A DNA stretch of 56,881 bases from assembly GCA_900128585.1 (NCBI GenBank), contig LT642156.1, positions 1 to 56,881 on the forward strand, given 5' to 3'. Numbering within the stretch: the first letter of the stretch is position 1; every line of letters starts with the position of its first letter. Of the stretch, positions 21,407 to 30,857 are shown piece by piece. Origin of the DNA: Stramenopiles sp. TOSAG23-3. Taxonomy: Eukaryota. The notes beneath the pieces are model-generated. The model had not been told where the DNA came from. It did not search any database and saw only the letters and a list, made by a program, of their open reading frames with translations. A program made the translations under genes and the position numbers.

Positions 21407-24400
21407 ATGGACGATTCCCAAATTCGCTCGCTGTTGCGAGAGACGGAAAGAGACGAAATCGCGATCGACCGCATCCTTTTAGTATCGAAGCAAAAGAAAT
21501 TTTGTTTTCAAGAGATAGTGTTTGGGCAAAACGTAAAATTGGATTCCTTAGTACTTATATTGCAAGGTAGTATTAGTCTCTCTAAAGACGTTAAAGCATC
21601 GGTTGATGAATGCCTTTCGCAGACTGCCGCAGACAGACGGTCACGCGAGAGGAAGCATCGACATTCAAAAATTTACTTACACTCCATTTCCCAAGGGCAT
21701 TTTTTGGGAGCGCACGAGCTAGCCTTTTCTAAACGAACAAAAGTGTCGGCAATTTCTTCTTGCCAAACAGGGGAAACGATATGTTTGATGATCCCGCGCC
21801 AGGAAACACCACTTGTACACAAAGTCTTGTTGAAACAATTTGCCTTGTCAAGTCAAATCTCTTACAAATCATTCCAGGAATGTGCAATTAGGTTGAAACC
21901 GAGATGTTACAACGCAGGGGAAATGATAATTAGACAAGGCGACGTTGGAACGAAGTACTGCTTGATAGCTGAAGGTAGTGTGATTGTTCTTAGTACCAGC
22001 GATTGTTTGCCCCCTTTCGAAGACTGCAAAATCCTGGAAGATATGCGCCAGCACTTCAGTTTCAACGAATTGTGCAAAATTCCAAGGCTCGGAACGTTCG
22101 GAGAACATAGTTTACTGTCTTCCTTTACCGCCGACGAGCGTGACCGTAGCACGCCCAACGACAAGACATTAGAGACGACAAATGCTTGCGTATTTGCAAA
22201 CACCGACGTGGACGTACTGTACCTGGAGAAGGAGGATTTCCTTGATATTCTATCTAGAAGAACATCATTGCTGCAGTTGATATCGTCCAACGATAAGACT
22301 AGGCACGACACGCATCTTAAGAAGCGCCAGGTGAGCGACGAGGGACGCCTTGAAAGCGCGGTCTCAGAAAGACTAAAGCAGCCGACCAATCGAAAAGTGA
22401 AAGTAAGAAGAAAGAGTCAAGTGACAAAATTAAGGGATAACGTTATGAAAATAAACGAATACATTGTCAAGGAATCACTGGGCACCGGCAGTTATGGAGA
22501 GGTCTACCAAGTGGTCAAAAAAAACGAAGTGTATGCGATGAAAATAATTAAGAAAAGTATGATGCTACGAAAAGATCGATTTCGCCTCGTCCGTAATTCT
22601 AGTGGTATGATGGGAGATGTGAAGCGCGAGGTCGCCATCATGAAAACGTTAAACCATGAAAATATTATCAAGCTTTTCGAAGTAATAGACGACCCAAAAG
22701 CGAAGAACATGTATATGATATTGGAATATGCGGGCGCAGGGTCATTAGAAGCATTGTTGGGAAAGTGTGAAATGGGTCGAAGCAGAAGTATTTTCCGAGG
22801 CATTACAAAAGGGGTAGGGTACTTGCATTGCAACGGTATTGTGCATCGGGACTTAAAGCCAGAGAATATTTTGCTCAACGCTTTAGGCGTGGTGAAGATC
22901 GCAGATTTTGGCGTGTCGCAAATATTGAGAGACGGGGTTCACGTAAAAGTGAAAGGGACCCCAGCGTACATGTCGCCGGAACTGTTTTTGCGGGACGACG
23001 AGCACTCGGACCATTGGGCCGGGTCGCTTACTGGCGAAAACAACAAGCAAAGCAAGCGGGCAATGATCACAGAATCATTCGTTTCTTCCGATGTGTGGGC
23101 AATGGGCTGCATTCTTTACGCCCTTTTGGTGGGCTATCCACCGTATGGCGCAGACAAACTGGATGAAATCCAGTTCCGAGAGAAATTATTTCACGACCCC
23201 TTGAATATTCCTACCAATTTGAACGATATTCATTTGAAGGATTTGTTAGTGGGGCTGTTGCAGAAAAATTACAAACAGCGTTATTCTATGAAAGCAATAA
23301 TGACGCATGAATGGCTGACCGAAGAGGGACTCTTCCCTCTGTTTCGAAACACACGAGAACTGGACTTTTATTCCACGGTGCTCATGAATCCAAAAGAACC
23401 GACCAGAGAAGAAATTTCGTTTGCCATCACTCTAAGAATTGTTCACCACTTAAAACTTTGGAAAAAACGGGCACTGTCGAATGTAAAGGAACGAGAGGAG
23501 CAAACGGACAGGAAAGGCCCCACTTCGGTGCTTTTCAAATGTTTCCCAAAGCTTAAGTCATTGTTCAAAGGACGAAAGTACAAAATTCACCCAAAAGTGG
23601 CATTGTCCCTGGCCGAGGAGCAAGTTGATGAGAAGAAAATGCCCGACGTTCCAAAACCAGGCAACCTGACTGTTGTTGCAAGCGATGAGAACATAGAAAT
23701 ACCTAACTCGAGAGAGGCGGGCCAAAAAGAGCATACAGTCGAGAACGGTCACGTTCAAAATGATTATGCCACCACGAATTCAGATTCCGCAAGCGCTTCA
23801 GACCTTGACTCAGACTCGGACTATGGTTCGGTCGAAGATATTTTAGACGGAGATGATGCAATAGATTCCATTTTCGCTTTAAGTGACGATGCGACAGTGG
23901 GTGGTGTATCCGTGCACGAGCCATCGGAGCAGTTGAACAATACCATGCGCATGAAATCCAGCGCTTCCAGCGTTGATATACAGCGGAAAATGTCTTCCAA
24001 TCTACGACTTCTCCAGAAGAACTCGAACGTGAACTTGGGAATATCATATGGCATGCACTCGGAGAGGGGGAGGCCACTATATCAAGAAGACTGCATTGTC
24101 GCGATTCCAGATTTGCGATTGAAGAAGAATGAAAATGGCCAACACGCGTACTTTGCAGTATTTGATGGGCATGGCGGCCAGGACGTCTCCCAATTTTTAT
24201 CCAACAACTTTCACGTCCGTCTCGCTGCCATGTTTGACCCTAATGTAGACGAGGGAATTTCAGAAACCTTCGTCAGCCTTGACAAAGAAATACTGGAGAA
24301 TTTTTTGGACAAGATACCCGACAACAGCATAAATGACCTGTGCAGCCCCTCCAATAGCAGGCGGTCTATCAGCCCGTACAGCCTGCTGGACAGTTCGGGT

Positions 24401-25045
24401 TCTACGGGAACAATTTTGATGGTCGGACAAATTAGTGGGTCCAAATCCCTACTGCTGAAATTATCGTGGGTCGGCGATAGCAGAGCCGTACTGTGCAAGA
24501 ACGGGAATGCCATCGCATTGACCACCGACCACCGCGTTTCAAACGAGAGCGAACGAGAAAGAATAGAAAAACTGGAAGGTCACGATACGGCCAACGGACG
24601 CTTGGACGGATCACTGATGATTACGAGAGGATTTGGGGACCTAAGGCACAAGTTGAATTTTGTGAGCACCGTTGCCAAGGACAAGTATAATGTGGCCATG
24701 GCGACTATCCAAGAGGCAATGACGTCTCCCTCTACGACGCAAGAGAAACGAAAGGGGTTGTCAAATGCGGTTCAGCGCGATGCATTAATCTGCACCCCAT
24801 CTGTATCGAACACGCAAACCCAAGACGAGGACGAATTTATCATGCTAGCATCCGACGGCTTGTTCGACGTAATGACCAACCAAAATGCGGTGAATATCGT
24901 CCGAAGCCACCTGGAAAATAGTGGCAAACTGAACGACGCAGCGGAAGCTGTCACAAACGCAGCCGTCGAACTCGGTAGCACCGACAATGTTTCTGTTGTC
25001 ATTGTTGCATTTAACTTGTCGCTTACGCCATTGGATAATAAATAA
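21407..25045 (+). CDS. Fusion protein: two cNMP-binding-like domains + CaMKK-like kinase + PP2C phosphatase
   Basis: cNMP: YNAGEMIIRQGDVGTKYCLIAEGSV..FGEHSLL..LEKEDF. Kinase: GTGSYGEV, YAMK, HRDLKPEN, DFG, GTPAYMSPE. PP2C: YQED, VFDGHGG, GST, VGDSRAV, TRGFGD, LASDGLFD, TDNVSV. Confidence 0.92.
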   Translation: MDDSQIRSLLRETERDEIAIDRILLVSKQKKFCFQEIVFGQNVKLDSLVLILQGSISLSKDVKASVDECLSQTAADRRSRERKHRHSKIYLHSISQGHFLGAHELAFSKRTKVSAISSCQTGETICLMIPRQETPLVHKVLLKQFALSSQISYKSFQECAIRLKPRCYNAGEMIIRQGDVGTKYCLIAEGSVIVLSTSDCLPPFEDCKILEDMRQHFSFNELCKIPRLGTFGEHSLLSSFTADERDRSTPNDKTLETTNACVFANTDVDVLYLEKEDFLDILSRRTSLLQLISSNDKTRHDTHLKKRQVSDEGRLESAVSERLKQPTNRKVKVRRKSQVTKLRDNVMKINEYIVKESLGTGSYGEVYQVVKKNEVYAMKIIKKSMMLRKDRFRLVRNSSGMMGDVKREVAIMKTLNHENIIKLFEVIDDPKAKNMYMILEYAGAGSLEALLGKCEMGRSRSIFRGITKGVGYLHCNGIVHRDLKPENILLNALGVVKIADFGVSQILRDGVHVKVKGTPAYMSPELFLRDDEHSDHWAGSLTGENNKQSKRAMITESFVSSDVWAMGCILYALLVGYPPYGADKLDEIQFREKLFHDPLNIPTNLNDIHLKDLLVGLLQKNYKQRYSMKAIMTHEWLTEEGLFPLFRNTRELDFYSTVLMNPKEPTREEISFAITLRIVHHLKLWKKRALSNVKEREEQTDRKGPTSVLFKCFPKLKSLFKGRKYKIHPKVALSLAEEQVDEKKMPDVPKPGNLTVVASDENIEIPNSREAGQKEHTVENGHVQNDYATTNSDSASASDLDSDSDYGSVEDILDGDDAIDSIFALSDDATVGGVSVHEPSEQLNNTMRMKSSASSVDIQRKMSSNLRLLQKNSNVNLGISYGMHSERGRPLYQEDCIVAIPDLRLKKNENGQHAYFAVFDGHGGQDVSQFLSNNFHVRLAAMFDPNVDEGISETFVSLDKEILENFLDKIPDNSINDLCSPSNSRRSISPYSLLDSSGSTGTILMVGQISGSKSLLLKLSWVGDSRAVLCKNGNAIALTTDHRVSNESERERIEKLEGHDTANGRLDGSLMITRGFGDLRHKLNFVSTVAKDKYNVAMATIQEAMTSPSTTQEKRKGLSNAVQRDALICTPSVSNTQTQDEDEFIMLASDGLFDVMTNQNAVNIVRSHLENSGKLNDAAEAVTNAAVELGSTDNVSVVIVAFNLSLTPLDNK

Positions 25046-25403
25046 TGTTGCAGAAACACCAACGGTGGAGAAATGGACGTATAGCCAGTGATAACGTGAA
25101 CATGACGTGGCCAAAATTTGAATTTGTTTATATTATATAGAAATAGCAAGAAGAGGGAGGAACCGACGATTATACTGTGTTTGATTATACAGGTACGTAC
25201 CACCAGGTATTATTATATTATACCAGGTACCAGGTACCAGGTATAATACCTGTACCTGGTACCTGTACTGAGGAGAGTTCTAATAAATATAAAATTAATT
25301 ATTTTTTTGATGATGATGAACGAATGATTTTTCATCATTATTTTTTTCTTCTTTCTTTTTTCTTTTCTTTTGTTGACTTCAAATAGTTTGCAAGAATCAC
25401 GTT

Positions 25404-25407
<4 letters not shown>

Positions 25408-25436
<29 letters not shown>
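25408..25436. repeat. (AT)n microsatellite
   Basis: Uninterrupted atatat run. Confidence 0.95.
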
Positions 25437-25440
<4 letters not shown>

Positions 25441-25598
25441 TAACAATCATAGTTGCAACAAGTTTATATACAAAGGGAGACAAGCGAATACCGCCATTTA
25501 ATGCACCCGCTACTTTTACGGAATTTGCTTTGGAAGGATCTACCAGAAGGCTTGCAAGGCTCCGGTCTCCCGTTGAACGTGAACGCGTGTTAACCGAG

Positions 25599-26936
25599 AT
25601 GAAAAGTACTATCACTGGCAGCCGTAGGGCTGCCGACAGGAAGCGGTCTTCCGGTATCTTGAATTTAATATGCTCGCCGGCAGAGGGCGGTGGGTTTGGC
25701 AACCAAATAGCAATTCTGTCCATTTTGTTCTTTATTATAATTGTGGCTTTGGTGATCGCTTTGGTCATAACCGCGACAGAAATAAATGTTGTAGAAAAAA
25801 AGCACGCGGCCTCAAACGCGACTGTCGGCGGCATAACTTCCGATTGCGATACAACGGTTTTTTCCCGACGCTTCGACATGGGCGACAGGAAGATTATAAA
25901 AACTGTGGCGTTGATCTCATCTACATTGTCGTTTATAGGATCTTTGTTCATCGTCGTATCGTGGATGCTTTTTGCCCGCCTGAGGACGTTTCCTTTCCGC
26001 CTCGTACTGTATTTATCCATCGCGGACATTGGCAACAGTTTGGCCACCATTCTGGCCATAGCAGAAAAAGGTATGGATGAGCCCAACGGCTGTGTCAAAA
26101 CGAGCGTCTTGTGTTCGATTTCAGGATTCCTCATGCAATTTTTCGAAGTTGCCAGTTTTTTTTGGATTTTGAATATTTCGATCAACCTGTACCTTATTCT
26201 GGTAAAAAAGGTTGGCAATGCCATATTTGGTTTTGAGAAAACTTACCATCTCTTGGCTTGGGGGGTCCCGCTCATCTTGGCTGTTATCCCAGTCTTTTTA
26301 GACGCATATGGGGATGCCGGGAGTTGGTGTTGGATAAAGGAGCAATTCCCTGCTTTGCGAATGGTTCTTTTGTACTGCCCTCTGATAATAATTATGATCG
26401 CAGCATCGGTAAACTTCGGCCAAAGCAGTTTAAACATTCGCCATGGCAGCGGCAAAGCGGCCAGAATGGAGTCCAGCCGAATCAAATTCCGTTTGCACCT
26501 GTACATAGTCGTTTTTGTTCTGGTGAACTTCTTTTCCATTTTGAATCGCATTCATGGTTTGGTGGAGATAGATAACCCAAACTTCACTTTGCATTTGTTG
26601 CAAGCGCTTGTCTCACCCTTGCAAGGGTTTGCAAATGCGGTCATATACGGACTGAATAAAGCTGTCGTTAGTCACTACAAGGTAGCCTGCACTGACCTCT
26701 GCCGCTGCGATCGATCCAAAGCTCGTCCAAGCGCCGAAGACGGGATCACCGACGCCGCAGAAGTTGCCGAGAAGACAGAAGACGAAGAAGAGACCGGTGA
26801 CAAATCTTCCACTAACGATTTAGTGAGCAACGCGAACGTCTCGCTAGAGATCCGTTCGCCGTGGGAAGGTATGCGCAGTAGTAAAATCAACAAGGAGACG
26901 TCGGGAGTTGCGATGCCAGAAACGTTTCAAGGATAA
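25599..26936 (+). CDS. 7TM GPCR of the Dictyostelium cAMP receptor / plant GCR1-like family
   Basis: LSFIGSLFIV, FRLVLYLSIAD, CSISGFLMQFFEVASFFW, YHLLAWGVP, YGDAGSWCWI, PLQGFANAVIYG. First ATG at 25599; an extra hydrophobic helix precedes TM1. Confidence 0.88.
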   Translation: MKSTITGSRRAADRKRSSGILNLICSPAEGGGFGNQIAILSILFFIIIVALVIALVITATEINVVEKKHAASNATVGGITSDCDTTVFSRRFDMGDRKIIKTVALISSTLSFIGSLFIVVSWMLFARLRTFPFRLVLYLSIADIGNSLATILAIAEKGMDEPNGCVKTSVLCSISGFLMQFFEVASFFWILNISINLYLILVKKVGNAIFGFEKTYHLLAWGVPLILAVIPVFLDAYGDAGSWCWIKEQFPALRMVLLYCPLIIIMIAASVNFGQSSLNIRHGSGKAARMESSRIKFRLHLYIVVFVLVNFFSILNRIHGLVEIDNPNFTLHLLQALVSPLQGFANAVIYGLNKAVVSHYKVACTDLCRCDRSKARPSAEDGITDAAEVAEKTEDEEETGDKSSTNDLVSNANVSLEIRSPWEGMRSSKINKETSGVAMPETFQG

Positions 26937-27153
26937 AGGAAAGGGTCTTGGCTGTCTTTTTAACTTTTGAAAAAAAGGTGACGGAGGAGTGACACGAGGT
27001 GCCAGGCAAATGAGGGGAAGATGTTCCCAAAATAAATTACTCTCTCTATTAAAAACAAATAAAACACGCTGTACTTTTTGTATAAAATTTTTAATTCAAA
27101 AAAAGTTTGAAATATTTTCGTACACATACAACCAGTCTCATTTTAAACACACT

Positions 27154-28797
27154 TTACTCTCCCTTTCCTTTGTCTTCCGGTTCAAAGTCCTTCTGCACTG
27201 TCTTCTTCCCGGAAGCGTTTGCGGGGGAGGATGGTGGGGTGTCTTCAAAATCGATGGAAAACATCCGTGGGTCGGCCACTTCGTTGTCCTCCACATCGAC
27301 CATCTCTAAATCTACCTCAATATCATCGTCTACAACAGACAGTTGCATTTGGTGCGAGAGGCTCCCACTGTTGTCGCTGGGCCCCCATTGGTGAGCAATT
27401 CCCCCCAGGGCAAGGTAAAAAATAAAGTGCCACACGGCGAACCAGCACCACTCCATTTGCCATGGCCATTTGATGACGCCCACCCGGGCCAGGAACATGA
27501 CCACCGTCGCGAGCGACCAGATGATCACGAGGCCCGACAGCAGGTTTGCCAGTTTGACGTACATTTTGTGCTTGTACGTTTGCCCTTGGGTCACTAAATT
27601 CGCCTGGGTCTTTGAGAGTGCATAGTATATCCAGCACAAAATGAAGATGTTCAGCATGACCGGGGGCAACGCCCAGAAAGCTTCCCCGCCCTCGCCCGAC
27701 GATTCAAGGGATGTCATGGTGCGGAAGTTTTCGTTGATGGAGAATACAAAATAGCCAAGGTGCAGAGAAAAAACTTGCCACTTCTCACGGGACGAGAGCT
27801 CTGGCTTGACGACCCCGAGCCCGAGGCAGACAATCAAGATAAGGAGCCGGGCCATGGTGTTCTTCAGCTCATTGACGACCATGGAGACGAGGTACATGGC
27901 GTGGCAGCTTGGGTAACAAATTGGTTGCCCCGTCTTGTTCGCCTCGGCGAACGTGATGAAGTATAGCGCGCTCCCCACCAACGTCAGCACCGCGATGATC
28001 AAGATGGCGTAGTGGATGCTGATGATCTCAGTTTTGTACCGGTACAGCTGGACGAGAAAGAACAGCAACAGGACGGCGACGAAGCCGACATGAATCGCAA
28101 AGAACGGGACCAGGCCGTACAAATGCGCGGGCAAGTACCCGTACGGGTTTCTAAACTCCAGCTCCGTCTTCATTATCCACTGGCCATCGAGTTGGTTATT
28201 GGTATCCGTGAAGTTTACCCAGTTCCCCGTCGTGCTTCCATCGTCTTCACCATCGTCGTACAGGCTGTCGTCTGGGCAAATTCGAAAGACCGCCCGCACC
28301 GGGCCCGACACCACTACGTCCAGAGACACTTTCGGAATTTCGATCACCCCCGTCTCCGTGACGCTTTTCGGTTGAAAGTTGAAGACCGCGCGCGTGTTTT
28401 GTTTGCCTTCCTTCCTCATCGTGTCCGGGGAGTCGCAGAGTTCGGAAATCGTGGGCAGGTCGTGGTCATGGTATATGGTCACGGTCGCGTACCTCGAATA
28501 CTTGGGCTTCGTCTGTTTGTTTGATTTGTCCATGTACCGAATGGTGGCTGGGCCTGCAGCAACGCGAGGGGTAAAGTCTTTGACGCCCAGGGGCGCGTCC
28601 GCAGCGCTGAAGACTGCGAGCTCGCCGTAGGAGACAATGCAAGTCTTTTGAAAGCATTGGCCGGACGGGCAATCTTCGTTCGTCTCGCAACGTCGCGGGG
28701 ATATGTTGACCCCCGACAAATGGTAACGGGACGCAAGACACGCCGGCAGAGCGCCGCTCGCGACGACGGCAAGGGCCAGCAAGATGTTGCGGTACAT
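27154..28797 (-). CDS. TMEM87/GPR107 (GOST, lung 7TM receptor) family protein
   Basis: Signal peptide, lumenal domain, FRNPYGYLPA, IHYAI, K..MARLLILIVCLGLGVVKPEL, WIYYALSKT...K..MY, WGPS. Confidence 0.9.
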   Translation of the reverse strand: MYRNILLALAVVASGALPACLASRYHLSGVNISPRRCETNEDCPSGQCFQKTCIVSYGELAVFSAADAPLGVKDFTPRVAAGPATIRYMDKSNKQTKPKYSRYATVTIYHDHDLPTISELCDSPDTMRKEGKQNTRAVFNFQPKSVTETGVIEIPKVSLDVVVSGPVRAVFRICPDDSLYDDGEDDGSTTGNWVNFTDTNNQLDGQWIMKTELEFRNPYGYLPAHLYGLVPFFAIHVGFVAVLLLFFLVQLYRYKTEIISIHYAILIIAVLTLVGSALYFITFAEANKTGQPICYPSCHAMYLVSMVVNELKNTMARLLILIVCLGLGVVKPELSSREKWQVFSLHLGYFVFSINENFRTMTSLESSGEGGEAFWALPPVMLNIFILCWIYYALSKTQANLVTQGQTYKHKMYVKLANLLSGLVIIWSLATVVMFLARVGVIKWPWQMEWCWFAVWHFIFYLALGGIAHQWGPSDNSGSLSHQMQLSVVDDDIEVDLEMVDVEDNEVADPRMFSIDFEDTPPSSPANASGKKTVQKDFEPEDKGKGE

Positions 28798-29746
28798 GGT
28801 ATCGTTGTCTGGTGGTCAGTCACGAGTTGGTCGTGCGTATTCGTGCAAAACCGATAAAGAATCGTTCCACGAATTCAATAGTATAGGGGTACGAATAGTC
28901 TCTCTTTGTTTATCTATTTCAATGCACCAACTAACTGTAATTATTACGTATCTCATCTACTTCTTTACCAAGAGTATAAATAGTATTATAAATAATTTGT
29001 CGTCACATTATTATATACACTTGAGTTGTTTTGTTAAAATTGTAATAAAAGCACGCAGCAAAGAAGAAGAGAATAAAAACGAAGAAGGGAAGGAAGCGCA
29101 CACATACGGATGTTAATTAAATACACCAGGTATTAATACCTGGTGTATACCTGGTATTATACACAGACAGTGTTGAGGTCGAGGAGGGACGGAGGAGTCG
29201 GAGATGTTGTTGGGTTTTCAAGAAAAAGAAGATCGATTATTGAAGTACATTTTTGAGGAATTTTTAGGACTGGACCAGGTAAGCCACCTTATAATTAAGG
29301 ATATATGTATATAGGGATAATGATATGAGACCCTTTGGAATGATAAGGTGATTGTAGATGTAGGGATTTAGATGAAATCATTTAATATAAAAATAGAATT
29401 AAAAAGTGATAAAATATACACCGTTATATAAACACAGCATAAATACTATTTATATATACATATCCTTAATATTGGATTATTTTGTCTCCAGCTCACGCAC
29501 AGACAGTCCCTTGCTAGACTATGTAGTTTAATAGATTGAGTCGTCTTATTTTGTATTTTTTTTTTAGAGTCTCTCTTCTCTCTTCCATTTTTTTTTGAAT
29601 TTTTTGTGATTCCGTTGTTGTACAATTACGAGGTGTTATATCTCCCTCCTCGTTACGTAAATAATTTTAATAAAATATATAGATTATTAATGCTGTGTAA
29701 TGTATTATTATCATCAAAGAAGTGTATATACAGTTTCTTTTAATTG

Positions 29747-29846
29747 TTCTTCTTCTTCTTCTTCTTTTTCTTCTTCTTCTTCTTCTTCTTCTTTCTTCTT
29801 CTTCTTCTTCTTCTTCTTCTTCTTCTTCTTCTCTTCTTCTTCTTCT
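29747..29846. repeat. (CTT)n microsatellite
   Basis: About 100 bp of imperfect cttctt in intergenic DNA. Confidence 0.95.
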
Positions 29847-30142
29847 CTTGTTTGTTTTTTGTTGTTTTGTTGACGACGACCTGCTCTACAAAATACCGGT
29901 ACGTACCGTATTATACCAGGTATCGTACTCTACCAGTATATCTGTGTAGAAGAAGAGGATTAGTAAAAAAATTTCTTCTATTTTTCAAATTTCAATTTAC
30001 AACATAGAAAAAGGTAATATCAAAGCAGAAACAAATTATGAAAAGATCCCGATTAATCGATAGTAGAAATACTTTGAGAGAATAGTTCCGCTATCACAGT
30101 TTTTATTAATACCCTTACTTCTTCTTTTTACCCTCCGACAGA

Positions 30143-30598
30143 ATGCATCGAGCAGCGGGTTTCACAGCAGGTTCCGCAGGCGGCAAAACGTCCAAGACCG
30201 TCAAAAACGGCGGTCTTTCCGTTGGTTCCCCAGCTGGGGGAAGGCCAAAGTTAGGATCGCTCCAACCTTTAGGGAAAATTCAAGGGCCAAAGGGTGGTAA
30301 ACTGACGAGTCTCGGCCGGGCTCCGTCCTCCGGTGCCGGTAGTGCCTCGGTTTTGTCGAAGAACGAAATGGACGCCGCAAAGTTCAAGTTCGATACCTAC
30401 GCGGACGACAAAGATGGGACGATACATAAGAGTGGCCTGAAATTGTTGTTGGGAGAAATGAGTTTAGATCTTTCGGAGGACGTTTTTGACAACTATGTTG
30501 ACATGACCTACAAAACGTACGCGAAGACCCTTGGGAAAGGCGTGGCATGGGACCAGTTTCTGGAAATTTATGCAAAAGTGACGGGGGAAAAGAAGTGA
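30143..30598 (+). CDS. Small protein with Gly/Lys-rich N-terminus and an EF-hand-like pair
   Basis: KFKFDTYADDKDGTIHKSGLKLLL and GKGVAWDQFLEIY. GC-rich island with ATG start. Confidence 0.7.
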   Translation: MHRAAGFTAGSAGGKTSKTVKNGGLSVGSPAGGRPKLGSLQPLGKIQGPKGGKLTSLGRAPSSGAGSASVLSKNEMDAAKFKFDTYADDKDGTIHKSGLKLLLGEMSLDLSEDVFDNYVDMTYKTYAKTLGKGVAWDQFLEIYAKVTGEKK

Positions 30599-30857
30599 GA
30601 GAGTGTAGTAATTTTGGTCTCAACGCCAGCCTACGAGGCAGCAGAGGCCTTTTTTTTTACATCTGTCCTACATGTTTTTTTTTATAGAGTTTAAGTCAGG
30701 GTATTGTTATTAGTTGGGAGTATAATTGTATAACCATTATCCCAAGTCGAAATTAGAAAATGTGCATGATGGGTGTCGTGATGGGGAAAAGACGAAGTAA
30801 AAGAAGGGTGCTCGAAGCGGCTACGGGATCTCTCTTGGCTTAAGCCCGTTTCCATTT

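Noticed and set aside
25397-26224. 275-aa antisense ORF and the many other shadow ORFs inside genes
   Set aside because: They overlap well-supported genes on the other strand or frame and show no recognisable motifs.
29722-30007. Poly-Leu/Ser/Phe ORFs
   Set aside because: These are translations of the (CTT)n microsatellite.
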